Translations under genes and position numbers: made by a program
Source: Klebsormidium nitens
Lineage: Eukaryota > Plantae > Klebsormidiophyceae
Direction: 5' to 3'
Length of the DNA: 64,000 bases
Assembly (NCBI GenBank): GCA_000708835.1
Contig: DF237077.1
Location: 1-64,000, forward strand
Notes under the pieces: generated by a model
Databases searched by the model: none
What the model was told of the DNA's origin: nothing
What the model saw: the letters and a program-made list of their open reading frames with translations, nothing else
In this document: positions 39,284 to 52,985 of the stretch, one piece after another
Layout: each line of letters starts with the position of its first letter
How positions within the stretch are numbered: the first letter of the stretch is position 1

Positions 39284-40645
39284 CGCAGCAAAAGTTTGAT
39301 GCGGCCACAGACCCTAAGAAGCCCCCAGAAATGTCAAATATCAGCAATGGGAGCGAAACGCCTTTCCTCTCTGGAAGTTGAAGAGCTTCTGTAACAGTCT
39401 TTGGCGCCCAGCTTTATGGTTGCGCTCCACCCGTGCTTACACAGCGCACACTCACTTTCTGAGAGTGCTCTTAGAATCTTTGTTTTGGCCTGAAAGTGGA
39501 TGAAATGTTCTGGTTGGATTAGACGGTCTCCGAATAGTCAGACTGGGAGCTCATTAGCTTCAGCAACGTTGGCGCCTGTCCACTCTTCAAGTTCCACACG
39601 CACCCCTCTCGCAGTGCAAACTGAAACTTTGGGATGTGTGGGTAAGCGCTTGGTTAAAAGTCCAGGATGAAATGCCGGGGCTCAACGTGGGGGGAACCGC
39701 CGTCGGTGCAGTGTGCTCCGCAGTCTCGTGCAAAGTATTATCAACAACGGTTCTTGCACCGGCAGGAACCCGTTACTGACAACCCGGGTCTGTGACAAAC
39801 GGCCCCACCAAACCGTACAACATGGGCCCCATGCGCAAGCGCCTCTCGAGTAATTCACGGTTCTCTTTCTTTCTTGAGTCTTGCAGTCGATCTCAACCGT
39901 AACCCGGTTGGAACTCGGATATGGCAGCAAAGGAGTCGGTGCAATCCAGCCATAGATTGCTTAGATTTCAGATTCGAGATGTAGGTGGCGGCGCGGAACA
40001 CCATTTTGAGAATCTGTTCAAAGGCCATTCAAATGGAAGGTGCATATATGCAACACCGTCTGAGCCCATGCAATTAGCCCGAGAGCGAATTGGCGGTGCA
40101 TATGCGTTCGATCTTCCCTCAGCTATTATAAAAAGGGGAAAGGCGCGCACCTCTAAGATGTATCACATAGACACTACAGTAGGACAAATCTTGTGCCAAT
40201 CATTGATGGTTTTATAGCGCTGCATTGAGTTGCTTCTGCAGTTATAAGGCCATGTGCGACTGGTTGCTTACAAGCTTCTCGTCTGCAAAGTATCAAACTA
40301 TGCACTGTGGTACCAACATAACCGTACTTGATCACTGAATCGACAGGGCGCAACAGTTCTTGCTTGCCAGAAACTGACTTTCGCACCCTGAATCCTCTGG
40401 AGTCTCGGACTCTTGACTGCAAAGACTGTACAAATCTATCCGACAAATCTGTGACCATGAGGTCCAAACCCAGGACAGATATGTTACTGCGCTCAGGAAA
40501 AGCTCCTCAAAGAAAGATTGAGCAGCCGGGACTCCGGGACGCGACGCAACTTGATGACTAGAAACCTCTAAAGCACGCTTTCACTACGCTCCTTTCCGTC
40601 AAGAGGCAACGCACCTCACGTTTCATAAACACTAAATCAACTGCA

Positions 40646-43600
40646 TCATGCGCTTTTCTTCCTGCTAATGTCAATCAGCCATTGAAGGACCGGTGCAGGT
40701 AACGAGTCGCAGCCGCGCGCGTCTATCTTCAAGCGCTGCGCCTCCATGCCTACTTCGCGACGGGTGGATAACGCAGCAAGCACGCGCAGATGCTGTCACG
40801 GAAAAGAGTAAGAGTTGTAGGACAAACAAGAAGGCGTATGAACAAAACGCGTACGAATTTTGTCTAGGGATTGCAACAACCAGAACCAGCGCGACAAATC
40901 CATGTTGAGCTCGCAGTGTCCAGACTTGCAACAGAAGCTGAGAGAAGACGCAATTTGATGATTCTTCGAAGTCAGGACGGGCTGCGCCTTGCTGGTCCGC
41001 TGGTCCACGACGAGGACAGTAATTTAAACAAACCTTGACAGCAGAAAATGATTCGGCACGATAATTGTACGGCTAAATATTCGTCGCCTATACTTAGAAC
41101 GGCCCTTCCTGGGCGCTTCAGATGGTGCATCGTCCGAAGTGCCTTCTTCGTCAGTCCTGCTCAACTTGACCTGCCAGCTCAAAGGCGAACTCTAAGCCCA
41201 ACGGATCACGATCAAAGTTCTCATCTCGTGCGTCCGTACCAACAAACAAAAGGCACTTACAAGTTCTCGCAGTGCTCTGCAGTTGTTCAGCAGCAGTTCC
41301 TCCACTTGTTCCGAGTCGGCCCTGAGCTCCGCCAGCTGGCTGCAACCCCGGGCGTTCAGAACAACTAGAGCGGGGGACATTATGGTCAAACGGCCCAGGC
41401 GGTTGCACCCGCTGACGTCGAGCTTCGTCAGCACGCTGTTGGCGGCCAGGTCGAGGCGGAAGAGTGCAGCGCAGCCGCTGCAATTGAGCTCTTCCAGCAG
41501 GGGAGCACCTACATATAAGGGAGGCGTGTTCTTCAGATTCATGAAGGCTTGCTTTAATGAACGTAGGTTGTTTATAGATGATGAAGTTTGAGAAAAGTAG
41601 CTGGAACCCCAAGTGACCTGCTAGCTGTCCGAAACTTGAGCCGTAACAGGAATAGCGTCCAAAAGCTTTGCCTGAAGAAAGAGAAGTGAAGTTACGCAGA
41701 AGTGGTGCGTAAGCGGTCCCTTCTTTCCTTCAATTAGAACAGCAGCACAAAAGGAGACCTTGAAGCTGCAAATGCTGCTAGAAAGCGCTTCTTCTTCTAT
41801 CGTCCAGCAAGCAAACTGACGTTCACGAAAGCTAACGTCCAAAAAAGCGTCGAACACGTATCTAAGCGGACGTCAGAGAGAAGTCTCGCTGCCGCAATCC
41901 AAAGTGATCGTACGTCAACAACCATGGTTGTCCGAACAGAGCCGCTCACCCGCCAGGACGTCCGAGAGCGCTTCGGACGTCAGCTGTCGGCATTGGAGAA
42001 CGCTCAGCTTCTTCAATGCAGGACACACTATCTCCCCAAACTCCTCGAGAGCGGTGCACTGAGCCAGCTTCAGCGTTTCTAGGTTCGGGCACCGCAGGTC
42101 GAGCTTGGTCAGGGCGGAGCAACCGGAGAGGTTGAGGGAGACGAGGTGCGAGGATGAGATGCTGACTTCGGCGAGCTTGGTGGACTGGGCCAGGTTGAGC
42201 TCCTAAAGCAGGAACAATCCATTGAGTGACCTTGAAATGCAATCAAACTGGCTTTGAAAGAGCACCAAGGAACCTATGTCCTGATGGGTTTCTCAGGGGC
42301 TGAGCAACCGATGCAGACGACGTCTGCAAGGGTTGCTCCTCAATCGGAACACAAGGATAAACGTGAGAAGCTTGATACGAAGTCTTAATTTGTCCAGAAG
42401 CTGATCCTAGCTTTGATAGTTTCTGCGAGATTCTCCAACGCATGCCGGCTGGCGCACACCCTTGCTCATACGACCAGAACCAGACAGTCCGTTTAGAAAC
42501 ATTGACTCCTTTTTATTGGAAGGATGCAGTGCGTATCTCAGCAGAGTCACTGGCTCAAACGAACGGTAACAGGTTGAGATGCTCCACCTGCAGACGTTTC
42601 TCCGGCCCATGCGTGGCCACGAAACGCTCCCACGTGACCCCCACGGCTGTCAGCACTCGCACCGCCGCATGCGTCACGGCCCCCCGGGTGACCGAAATGC
42701 ATTTCGAGATGTCCAAAACGTCAAGCGTCCGTTTCGTTTCGGGCCTTGTTACCACCGGCTCAAGCCCCGCGTCCGTAACCCACAAACAGCCCGCAAGGTT
42801 TAAGCTCCTCAGTCCAAGAGTGTCTTCTCGGGCCGACTGGGAAGAGGGGAAGGACAGGGGGGGAAGAAGACTTGGAAATCGCGCTAAGCCCTTCAGAGCC
42901 GCGTCATCTATGTTCGTATTCGACAGGTCTAGGTGTGACAAGTCCCGGTTCTGGCACAGCACGTGTACGTCGAACGAGTCAACGTTTGTGATCCCTCCGA
43001 AGTCGATTGAGCGAATCGGTTTCGCGCCCTCGGGCCGGTCGTTTTGCACGTGAAGTCGGTGGAAGATGCTCCACCGCACGGGGGGAGGGAGGGTGTTTCG
43101 GCATTTTCGGAAGCTGAGGGAAGTAAAGTTGGGGAATGCGCGCAGGAATGACATAATGTGCTCGATGTTGGTGAGGGCTGCAGGAATGGCGAGAGCGGTG
43201 GTCTTCGCGCGGAGCGTCCGCACGAAGGCTGCAAAATCCCGACAGACCTGAGGGAAAAGCGGAAAACGAAATGAGAAAACCTATGAAGAAAAGTTCGAAC
43301 CTCAGGTTGAGTTTACACGGTGCTTTGCAGATTGTTAAGCTGGCAATGTCCATTCAGGTCCTAGACTATGCAAACACGAGCTGCAGTGCAGTGGCTAGAA
43401 CGTTCTGCTTTCGCCATGCTGTTCTTCGACTTGTCTCTAAATTCGGATTTAGGCTTTCATATTGCAAGCATTTAGCCCAACTTTTTGTTTGCTAAGACCG
43501 CAGAACGAAGTTACTCTGAATGAAACGAGTAAGGCACTCCAGAACCAGTTATGATGCTCAGTATGTATACTGGCGGATCAAGTCAAGCACAGGAGAATGG

Positions 43601-44564
43601 AAGATGTCAACTATTCAAGCCCAGACATGTGAGTGTCCACTAACCCGCGCAGCCCGAGCGGCATCCAACGGGCTTAGGCGCTCCAAAACCAGCTGCTTGC
43701 ACTCTTCTGGGAGGCTGTCCCACGTAGGAGGGGACTCCACCAATGGCCCCCCGGACGCTTCAGGGGCTCTGCTACTACTTGCCCCGTCTCCGCTTGTATC
43801 CGCTACCGGAGGCAGATTCGCTGGCTGTGCATCTGTGGCCATGCCCAGAAGGGCTTTCACGGTCGCTTCCGTGTCGTGTCCTGTGGACTCAAATACCTGC
43901 GTGCATGAGATTGATTCAAATCGTGAACTTTCGAAGAAGCATTTGAGACCTAGAGAGCAAGTGGTCGGCTAAGACTGCTTGTCAGAAGAGCGACTAACAT
44001 CGGTCAATCGATTCACCAGCCCAACATTTTCTGGTCCCTTTTAAACAGCGGTCAAAGGGGCGCAAATTTTCCATGCAACAAGCAGCTCAATTGCAATTGA
44101 TAGTTTCCTGACTTTAATGGATAAAGCGCCTCTTGCGGGCTCACCGTCTCTACTACGTCGAGGCTGAAGCTCCCCGCAAACATCTCCACAAGCGCCGGTG
44201 ACATCGCTGTGCCCACTTTTACTTTTTCCTCCGCCCTGCGATAGATCTTCCCCTTGCCTTTTTGCACAGCATTCCAGAGCTGCTCCTCAACTCCACCTGG
44301 CGCCTCTTTACTCGTCGACGCCACCGCACCATCTGCCTCTTCTCTTCTCAGCTGGAAACCACCAACGCTGAGCCGCTTGTCCACAAGCTCCCGCCCTTTC
44401 TTCTTATCCTTACTTTTTTTGTTCGTGGGCTTGGCAACATTCTCAGATGATTGTGACACCTCAGTGGTTCGACCAAAGCCTCCGCTCTTGCCCTCGTCTT
44501 CGTCACCCCAATATGCTGCGTCCGCCCAGGATGCCGTTGCTCTAGTTTTCTTTCCCTGTCCCAT
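40646..44564 (-). CDS. F-box/LRR (Cys-containing LRR) protein with N-terminal CUE-like domain
   Basis: Exon 44145-44564 splices in phase to 43896, giving LVEMFAGSFSLDVVET|VFESTGHDTEATVKALLGM. The F-box is WDSLPEECKQLVLERLSPLDAARAARVS. LRRs include LSHLDLSNT, LRSLNLAGC, LNLSGCSALTKLDLRCPNL and LDVSGCNRL. The 3' exons near 40.6-41.2 kb are approximate. Confidence 0.8.
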
Positions 44565-45206
44565 ACTTTCTAGATGCGCCCCAAATTTCAACACAGGCTA
44601 AGTACTAATTTAAAGCTATCTAAGCAACTTCATTTGGTTTGCTACGAAATCACACTGATCTGCATCCCCAGACTCTAGTCTCTAGAGCTGCATGAGAGCA
44701 TGAAAGACCCATGAAAAGACCCATACCCGCAAATGTGGAGCGAAACGAAAAGGAATAGGACGAGAATATATACTTCTTGATTTGTAATAGAAATAGATCA
44801 ATCCTGAAGCGAACCCAGGTGTCGCAGGCAATTAATTCCTTTCGTTGGTGATATAATGGGGAGGTATAAGTTGGCAGCTGGGGTTTTCTTATAGACTACA
44901 AATCTGCCATTCTGGCCCAAAACATATGTCGAGTCAAGCGCAGGCAGTGACTGAGTGAGGAGGGGAGAGCGCCCATGGCCAATGGTGCAAGCTGCAAGCG
45001 TAGCGAGCTGGAATGCATATAGGAGAGGCAAAGCTCGTAAGCAAGGGGATTGAGAAGGACTCCAAAAAGGAAAGCCTGTCTAATCCAGAGGGGCATCTGT
45101 ACAAACGGCGCACATTTGTGCTCTTTAACTTGGCTAAACAACAAGCCCACTTCAATTGCCTGATTGCTCATAAACACCGTTCCATATCATCTGAAAAAAG
45201 GGCAAG

Positions 45207-46280
45207 ATGTTCACTCTCGTCCGGAAGTGGCAGAACTTGCAGGACCAGTGCGGCATGGGCGAAGAGTGTTGCTTGGACCCCACTCTACTATCCTCAGAAG
45301 GTGTGTCTGCAGAGCTAGTGCAAAATGTGTACAGCACAGCCGCAAGTCTGTACCGGGCCAATCCCTGGAAGATCATTCCAGAAGACCCGTTTATAGTTTC
45401 TGTAACCACAAGCGATATATGCTGGGAGGGGCAGAAGCCACCTTTCTCGTGTGCCAGTCTCTCGGGCGGGAGCCAACAGGGCTTTGAACCAGAATTACAG
45501 GCGTTCAGGTCGGTGTCAGACGCACACTGGTGGCATCACCTGAGGGGGGGGCCTGAGAACGCCGAGGATAATACAACACACGCTAGCCACATCAGGCTAG
45601 CGTATTCGCACCGCGACGTAGTCAGCCTGGGTGACCTGAAGATGATACAAGTAAGTCCGCCTTTCCCTTTCTTGACCGCTAGCTTTGATTGGCTCTTGCA
45701 AGGCTTTGATCCCAGCCGTCTTCAAGCTGACGTGGTTCTGCATCAGTAAAGCTCTTCTTGAACCAAGTGATTCGAGGAGCTGTCATAGCTAGGTACTGCG
45801 GTTGTCTACCGACGAGGCGTTCCGAGGGCGCCAGTCCAAGGGCAAGCTCAGCCTATACAGATCATTGTGTTTTCTGTTTATCCAAAAGTATGAGTTCAGC
45901 TCAACTTGAAGTGCTGAGCTGAAGTAGTGTGGCAGGATTGTAGTGTTCCAACCACAGTGAGGAGTGAAAAGCTGTCTTGTCTTGTTTTGCAGGACCTGAG
46001 TCTCGAAGTAGCTGACGAAAGTGCGTTGCCGGAGATAGATATGGTGGGGGGGGCAGGCGAAGACCTGCAGTACGAGCCAGCCAATCTTCCCACAAAGAAG
46101 CCAACTTTTCAAGAGCTTCAATGGCTCCGAATTTCCTTGGTGGCTCTGGCATTTGCGGTGCCGCAGTTGTCAACAAGTGGCGGCAAATCGCCCGAGAAAG
46201 TTTCGAGCATACGAGTGAGCGTTCCATTGCCAGAGTTGGGGAAGAGTACGCACGTGCAAGTGACTTACCCAGCGGGCTAA
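45207..46280 (+). CDS. Conserved plant-type protein of unknown function, 2 exons (45207-~45650, ~45994-46280)
   Basis: EGVSAELVQNVYSTAASLYRANPWK...WEGQKPPFSCASLSGG and LSLEVADESALPEID...KPTFQELQWL resemble, from memory, a land-plant family that normally ends in a MYND finger. Donor CAA|gtaagt and acceptor ttgcag|GACCTG are in phase. Confidence 0.65.
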
Positions 46281-46843
46281 GGTGCCGGGCATTAAAAATA
46301 GGACATAAGGAGACGTGAGTTGGTTGGCCCCTAATATCATCGCTAAAGAGAGCAATCGTGTATGATAGCAAGCTTCATCAGTTGTACAGGCACAAAGAGC
46401 CGGCCAAGGATATAGTTTGCAGAGTATGCAGTATGGGACAAGCCATTGCAGGCTTGCAAACTGCTTCTAGACCTGGATTGCCAGAAAGGGCAAAGAATGT
46501 ATATTGCAGGGTATACAGTCAATCGACAACTGGGCGTGCTTGTGTACAACGGCTGCACTGCAAGCATCTATGTCTATCGAATTCAAGGACTTAGTAGCTC
46601 ACAGGCATGTGCAATGCAGGATTGTCTATATGCATCATTCGGAGACTGAGGCGTCAGAAGTTTCACCATGAAGCAGCATTGATTCCAGCAATCGCTAGAA
46701 GTGCTTGCCGCTTGCCGAGACAATCTTATGCTTCAACTTCGCTAGACAGCATGACATAGTCAAGCATGTCTTATTCAGTACTCATGGTAGCTGTGAAGTG
46801 ATTGTCGATCTTCGAGTCGAGCTTTCAACGACGATTCCATGCG

Positions 46844-46910
46844 ACATGTTATGACTCATGGAGCTTGAGCTGGAACATAATCGAGATGGTTCCATGAGTC
46901 GTTAACATGT
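46844..46910. repeat. Short inverted repeat (~21 bp imperfect stem) between convergent genes
   Basis: acatgttatgactcatggagc and gttccatgagtcgttaacatgt. Confidence 0.55.
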
Positions 46911-47326
46911 GTACGTTTCAATCAGCACACGTACACGCGGTCATGGCATTATTATCTTGTATACCACATCACGGGGCGTGCCATCCAAGCCGTCCATGTT
47001 GGTATACACAAGCAGAAGCAAATCGGCAAAAATTCGCCGCCAACCAAGAATTAGCAACGTGTACTTCATGGTCAATCTTTGACAAGTTGTGCTACTTTGG
47101 ACACGCGCCTACAAGACAGAGTAACGCAATAAGCATGCCGCGTTTCAACTACGAGTTGTCTTGCTCTTGATTCACGATACACGGAGTTGGAATCCACAAA
47201 GTATCCGATAACCTCGAAAGTCGCAGCTCTCTTAATTTACATATAGGTATTTACCAGCAATTGGGCTTCTTTATTTGACGACCTCCTCAGCAAAACCGAG
47301 GTTAGAGTTACCTTGAAGGAAAAATC

Positions 47327-50300
47327 TTAGGTCCGAGCTCCGCCCCACTCGAGAATTAATCTGTCCGGGGAGTCTTGCCAGCTTTCCGCGAATTTCTTCA
47401 TGTCGATCTGCACATGATAAAAGCAGTCCTCATGTAGTGGACCACACAGAATACTCTCGATAAGAAGATTCCACTCTGAGCATAGAGAGCGCGCCGCATG
47501 GCATCGAAGCATCTCACGTGGTCTGCACCACTCCGCTTGCTTTAAGAAGGACTTTTCATTCCTGCTCCTGAACGGTCATCGAATCTCAAAGGACCTGACT
47601 GCGAATCGACTGCAGTTCTCAACTGAGCGCATAAGTCACACTATCCTTTTGGTCGTGAAGTTTCATAATCCTGGTGCTTGGAGTTCACCTTGCGCCTCTG
47701 TTCCTGGAACCGCTGCTCCCGCTCCAAATACGCACGCTGCTTGTCGTCCGCCTGCGAACCTCCCAGGCCCCACACCTCCACGTCCTCCACTCTCGCTTCC
47801 ACGCCACCATAGCCCTGCAAGGTCATCGCAAACCGATTCGTTGAGAAGTATACGTCTCGGATTGACCCGTATCGATGGATTCTTTCTGTGCAGCGCCGGA
47901 CCTTGCCTAAAATCCTTGTGATCTCTTTCAATCAGAACTTCGGTAACAAACGGGATTTTGAAAGACCCGAGATCGCATTGTGCGAATCTTCACTTCCTCA
48001 ACGTGCCTGAGAAGGAGCCTGTCCTCGAACCTCGGCACCTTGAGTGCAAGTCCAACTCCATGACAATGCACTTCGCACGTAAGTAGAGAACAGTAACCCG
48101 GCTATCGACCGACTTGAGGACGCACGAATCTATTCGAGCACTGATTGCAGCTCGCGGGCCCTGGGGCGCATGCTATTTGTCTCTGAGCTCGACACAACGA
48201 TCGCCCTGAAGAGCCACTGCTCGTTAGATCCATAGATTGGATCCGAACACCGCCTGCCCGGTAAAGAACAGACGTCAAGCGCCAGGTAAACGGCCTCCCA
48301 GTTCGAACGCACTGACCAGGTCAGGCACAAGGGCACCCGGTTGAAAGGTCTTGTCGACTGCGTGGTGCCTGACGGTCACTTTCCCTGGGGTGGCGTTATC
48401 GTCCAGCCAGACCCGTTCCTTTCCGAGCGAGCCCCCAAGTCCCAAGCCTTCCGGTAGCGGGCTGGTCTGGTACCCCTGGCCTGCTACCTTCGCGTGACAA
48501 AAGACGACGTTGGATTCACGACCTGTGCAAAAAGAGAAAGGGGGGTACATTGATGGTGACGTCATGCTTCCGTCACGCTTTCGAGCAACTTCGAAGACAG
48601 ATACAAAGATCGAATCTCAAGGGATGCTCTGCGAGTGTAATAGACGCGTGCTATCGTGCGGCAGTGTGCGGAGGAGAATTAAGGAGCTTGAGGCTTGAGG
48701 AGTGCGTGAAGGACAGCATGTTTTCGAACACAGGACAAGCGGGTAGCGTCGAGGACACTAAGACAAAGTGCAGACTGGAACTCTGCGACCGAAAAAAGAA
48801 CGCCAACCTCTTTTTTGCACAGCCATCTAAGAAAAAGGCGACGCTCTCGTTGCCCTGAATCAGAGCCTCGAACCAAAATGGAAATTGCGCTTAACAACGG
48901 GTCATTCCGTGGAAGACGAGGGAAGTCGCTCGTCTTGGAAGTGCTTCGTGTAGATTTACTTTGTGGAACAAAAACGGCCAGGCGCGGAGTAATGTAGAAT
49001 GGTTCATCTGGCAGGACGGAATACCGCAAAATTCTGCTAGTCCAGGAACGGAATAGGATAACCAGGACAAGGATTTTACCGGTCGCTCGAAAGACCTTGA
49101 AGGTCGGCTTGAGGGCGAAGAGGCAGCTGCTGGACGATCCAAAGAAGTCTCTCCGGTTGGCCAGGCCGTCCGGGAGCAGGGCTGCAATGCTCCAGCCTTC
49201 GCCACTGCAAATCAGTGTCAAAGCGTATGTGAGAAACAGTCCCTAATACGGTTAAGGCCACCAACGTCAGCTTTTGCTTGGACAAGAGGAAGCAACCTAT
49301 CATACGCCGGTGACTTTGCGAAGCCTTGCCCGTTGTGGACACCAGAGAGATTGTGGAGTACTTTGGGTGATTAAAAAACGCTTTAGGTACACAGCTTCAA
49401 GTCGGTGCCATGGTCGGACACTCGCCCCGGAAGCAAACAGTAGTGTCAGCTGAAGGGTTGCAACTTGCAGGCCTGCCAAAAGAAGTCTTGCAATAGAAAA
49501 GACTTACAACTTCACCATAACAGTTGGCATAAGGATGGAGTATTGCTTTGGTTGAGCGGTCAGTCTAACGAAGAGTCTAGGCATAGAAGGTTAACGAGCG
49601 TAGCGTTTGTAAAACAGGGTATGCTAATCACCCTTTCAACTTCGAACGGCTGAAACGATTCTCAGTGGCCCCTAGAAGGATATGCAGAGACAACCTTACC
49701 CCGCAAAAGGGCGCGCTGCAATGATGACAAGAACAGTGCCAGTATAACCTTCCACACGGCTCATGAACCGGTTCATGCCCCGCCCGTTCTCAGAGGACCT
49801 GTACAACAAGTGAGTGGAGTTTTTGACCGATTATCTCGCACCATCATCGGAGGGGTATGAGATTGATTCCATTTTTACAAGATTGGGCTTCCGGCATCTG
49901 AAGATACGCTTGAGCTTCTCAACCGAAAATGCTCTCAAGCTTCAAGAGCATCACTACTTAGAGATATCTACATAGAACGTTCATATGGCTTCTCAAAAGG
50001 GCCAACTGGCGTCATCGGACAGACTGAGATAGATGCAGAGACGTTTATCCCCTCATGTAATCCAGCAGGGAGAATCTCTTCCTGTTGGTCAAGAGTCGAG
50101 CCAACATACGTATCCAAGCAGCAATTTCCTCACAAAGTCCTACCTGTACAGAAGGCGTGGGTGTCCTATCAGCCTCGTCAGGTCTCCTCCGCCGCAACCC
50201 AGGTCAATCAGCCGTGGCCCTACACCCCACTTTGCAGTCCCGGAAGTGAGCGCTTGCCCCATGCTCCATGCCACTGCGGGTGTCAGCATACCCGATTTCC

Positions 50301-51658
50301 AACCCCCACCCTCATCTCCTTCTGAGTCTTTCTGCAGCCCGCTGTCACCTCCAGGCTCCGACGAGCTCTCATTGCCAGCTTTCACATCCTGTTCTGCCCC
50401 TTTATTTTGTTCATCACTGCTTCCTCTTTCACTGAGAAAGCTTTGGCACTTGCACATAAGGAAAGCCTCCAAGATATTTGACAGGCCCGGCACTGTGGCA
50501 ACAGCCCAGCTGACTAGCTGCTCTGCCGTTAGCGTGCTCTCCTTTTCTGGTGAAGCACTGGCAGACTCCCACGCGCCGTTTACTAACGCACGAACATCTG
50601 GCCACTGAATGCTTGCTGAAGGACCATCGCCCCTTTCTGGAGCTTTCCCCTTGGGCCCTGCTCCTTGTCCCCTGTTCCAAGCTGTCAGGTACCATGATGC
50701 CAAAAGGATGCCCTCCAGGCGCTCCCTGGAGATCTTTTCACTTGCGTGAATTGCACTAGATACTTCGCTGGGGGCTGAAGTGCTAGCTGTACCACCTGAC
50801 TGAACCCTCTCTTCCCGCCACTGTTTCCCCTCCCCAGCTTCGCTTCCAAGAAAGGTCCGTATGAAAAGATCAATCTGCTCTTTCTTGCTGCCCAATCTTC
50901 CGCTCTGCGCTACTCCTCCCAAGAACACGGCATAGGTCACTCCGTCTGGGGCGTTCCCAAAGACTTCAGTACAGAGCTGCGCGTTGAGGGATTCCAGCGC
51001 ATGCTGCAGTGCTGTCGGACACTCCTCTGGTATGTGGAGATCAAAGGTGGCCTGCAATGATGGGAAGGTAAACTGACATGAGCTCCATTTGAAGACAGCG
51101 ATGGCAGCCAAAATTTTTTGAGTGCTTGAAAGACCGGGTGACTGACCTGACCTCCTGTCTCACGACCTGATTTCTGCATTGTGGTGGTAGCACATTCCCA
51201 CTTTTCCTGGCAACATTTGACCTCCTTTTTCCAAGTTTGCATGTTGAGGTCCAGCCCAATCAATCTGTACGAACATAGCGAACACTAACTTCCTGTCAGA
51301 ATCGATTCCTCTAGCTTCCCATAAGCACAATGATCTTGCTTCCTTCACTTGATTGATTGAAGATGGAATTGCGTTAGACATACAAGGCATGCTATCACAG
51401 TCATCAAAAGCTGGCGGGGCCAGCTTGCTGGTCTATGCACACTGATGGCAGCAAGTCAGCAGAGCTCACCTTTAGATCTGCATGCATGACCGGTCTTGCA
51501 CTGCCGCTGCCACTGGTCGCTCCTGAGCGTTTTTCTGAAAGGATTTTGAATGCTGACTGCAAATGCACAAGGTCTCCACTGGATTGAAAGAGAGCCTCCA
51601 GCTTGGCTCTCTCCGCATCCCCCGGGCTGGCATGCTGTTGGGAGGCCTGATTGCCCAT
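47327..51658 (-). CDS. TLDc-domain protein with predicted N-myristoylation (plant At5g39590/MEAK7-like), multi-exon
   Basis: Starts MGNQAS. TLDc exons read HPRLLYR, FFGSSSSCLFALKPTFKVFRATGK, GLGLGGSLGKERVWLDD, VTVRHHAVDKTFQPGAL, VEDVEVWGLGG and EQRFQEQRRK|IDMKKFAESWQDSPDR. Confidence 0.85.
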
Positions 51659-52894
51659 TGCTCGGATGTTTATGCAATGCAGCTTAGCAGCTTAGACGCC
51701 ACTGGGGAATTTCTTCTGCCGAATCTCTGAGGGCTGGGCAGACTGAGACAGCGAGAAGCCTGGCTTGGCAGTCCATCTTGTGCGCGCCGCCCCGCGGCCG
51801 TCACGGTCACGTCGGTCACGTCGCGCCGCGGCGAAAAGCTCTGCAGGCCTGAAATGCCGGCAGGGTTTTGGGGGGTTTGGTCTACGTGACGTGGTTTACG
51901 CGCGGACGGTACACGGCCCCGCGGCCGCGACCATTGACAGCTAGCGGCCGGGCCGCGCTGCTGACGTACAGATCCAGCGCTAATGAAAGCCCGCCACTGG
52001 CTTGAACGTGGCTGGTCGCTGAAAAGTTGTTAAAAAGGCCGCACTTGTCTTGCAAGGTATATGCCAATCCTTCGTTTCAGGTCGACGGATGAGCTCCTGG
52101 GAGAAGCTTTTGATGTCTCAATTCACACCCGGGCCTTCTTCAAGGCTCGTTTCTTTGCTGGTGTCCTGAGGAGAAATGAACAACTGCTGCTGAAATGGCC
52201 GTCGGTTCGGGTTTGGAACTCTATCCTAGTCCAAACATAGGGTTTTCGCAGATTGAGGCGCGGTCGACTAAGGCCAGCTGGCCCCAACGCGCCAGGAGTA
52301 TTCTCAAAGCCACTGAAAAATAAGCTGAACTTCCAATCTTCTTCCAATGGACAAGTCTGTGAGCTATGCGGCTCCCATCATGAGTTCTTGTGAATGTTGA
52401 AAAGGAAGGACAGTCTCAGGACAAGATGGCAGATGCGCTTACTCAGATATTCAAGTCGTTTCTCGAAAGCTCCTATCAGAATCAGCGATGCTGCCCTCTT
52501 TTCAGAGCCGCTTCCGTTGCAGTTTTTGAAGTCAACGCGTTGACGGCCGTCTTCGTCCATGCAAACGTGCGAAGCAGCTCATTCCGGAATCTGGTTCCAT
52601 TATGGATCTACAAACAGCACTGGACCCTCGCGTCGAGAAATGAACGCCTTCCTGTTCAGCAACATCCGTTTCTAGCTGGGCCTTCACGATAACTTCCGGG
52701 TCTCGATCGTCCCTTAGTCGCTAAAGCAGAGAAAGCAATCCGTACCCAGTTCTGATGCTTCTTGAAGCTTGCAAGTTTCCACCCACTCTAGTTCTGCGGC
52801 CGTTTGGGCATCACGTTTCCCAATAAGTCACTTTCCATAAGTCCTGAATACATGTTGAGTTAGATGTATGTTGAGTTGAATATATTCCCCGGGC

Positions 52895-52985
52895 ACAAAC
52901 AAACTAAAAACCTGAACCCAAAATTCCACATGCTCCGCACCCGTACCCACCCTGAACCCTCAAACCAACCCCCCGTTCCCCGGGC
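52895..52985 (+). repeat. Dispersed repeat copy (intergenic), flanked by a short inverted repeat
   Basis: ctaaaaacctgaacccaaaattccacatgctccgcacccgtacccaccctgaaccctcaaaccaacccccgttcccccggg. Flanks carry tatgttgagtt (~52867) and aactcaacata (~53009). Confidence 0.6.

Noticed and set aside
22450-44564. Apparent cluster of proteostasis genes (SPP, OTU-UEV, F-box) as a functional gene cluster
   Set aside because: These families are very common in eukaryotic genomes and RAE1 is interspersed, so there is no evidence beyond proximity.
46358-46594. Cys-containing ORF (CRVC...YCRVY...HCKHLC) as a possible missing MYND exon
   Set aside because: The Cys/His spacing does not fit MYND, it lies in a short degenerate tandem repeat, and no in-phase splice from the upstream exon was found.
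50033-50608. 191-aa + strand ORF
   Set aside because: Antisense to the large TLDc exon.
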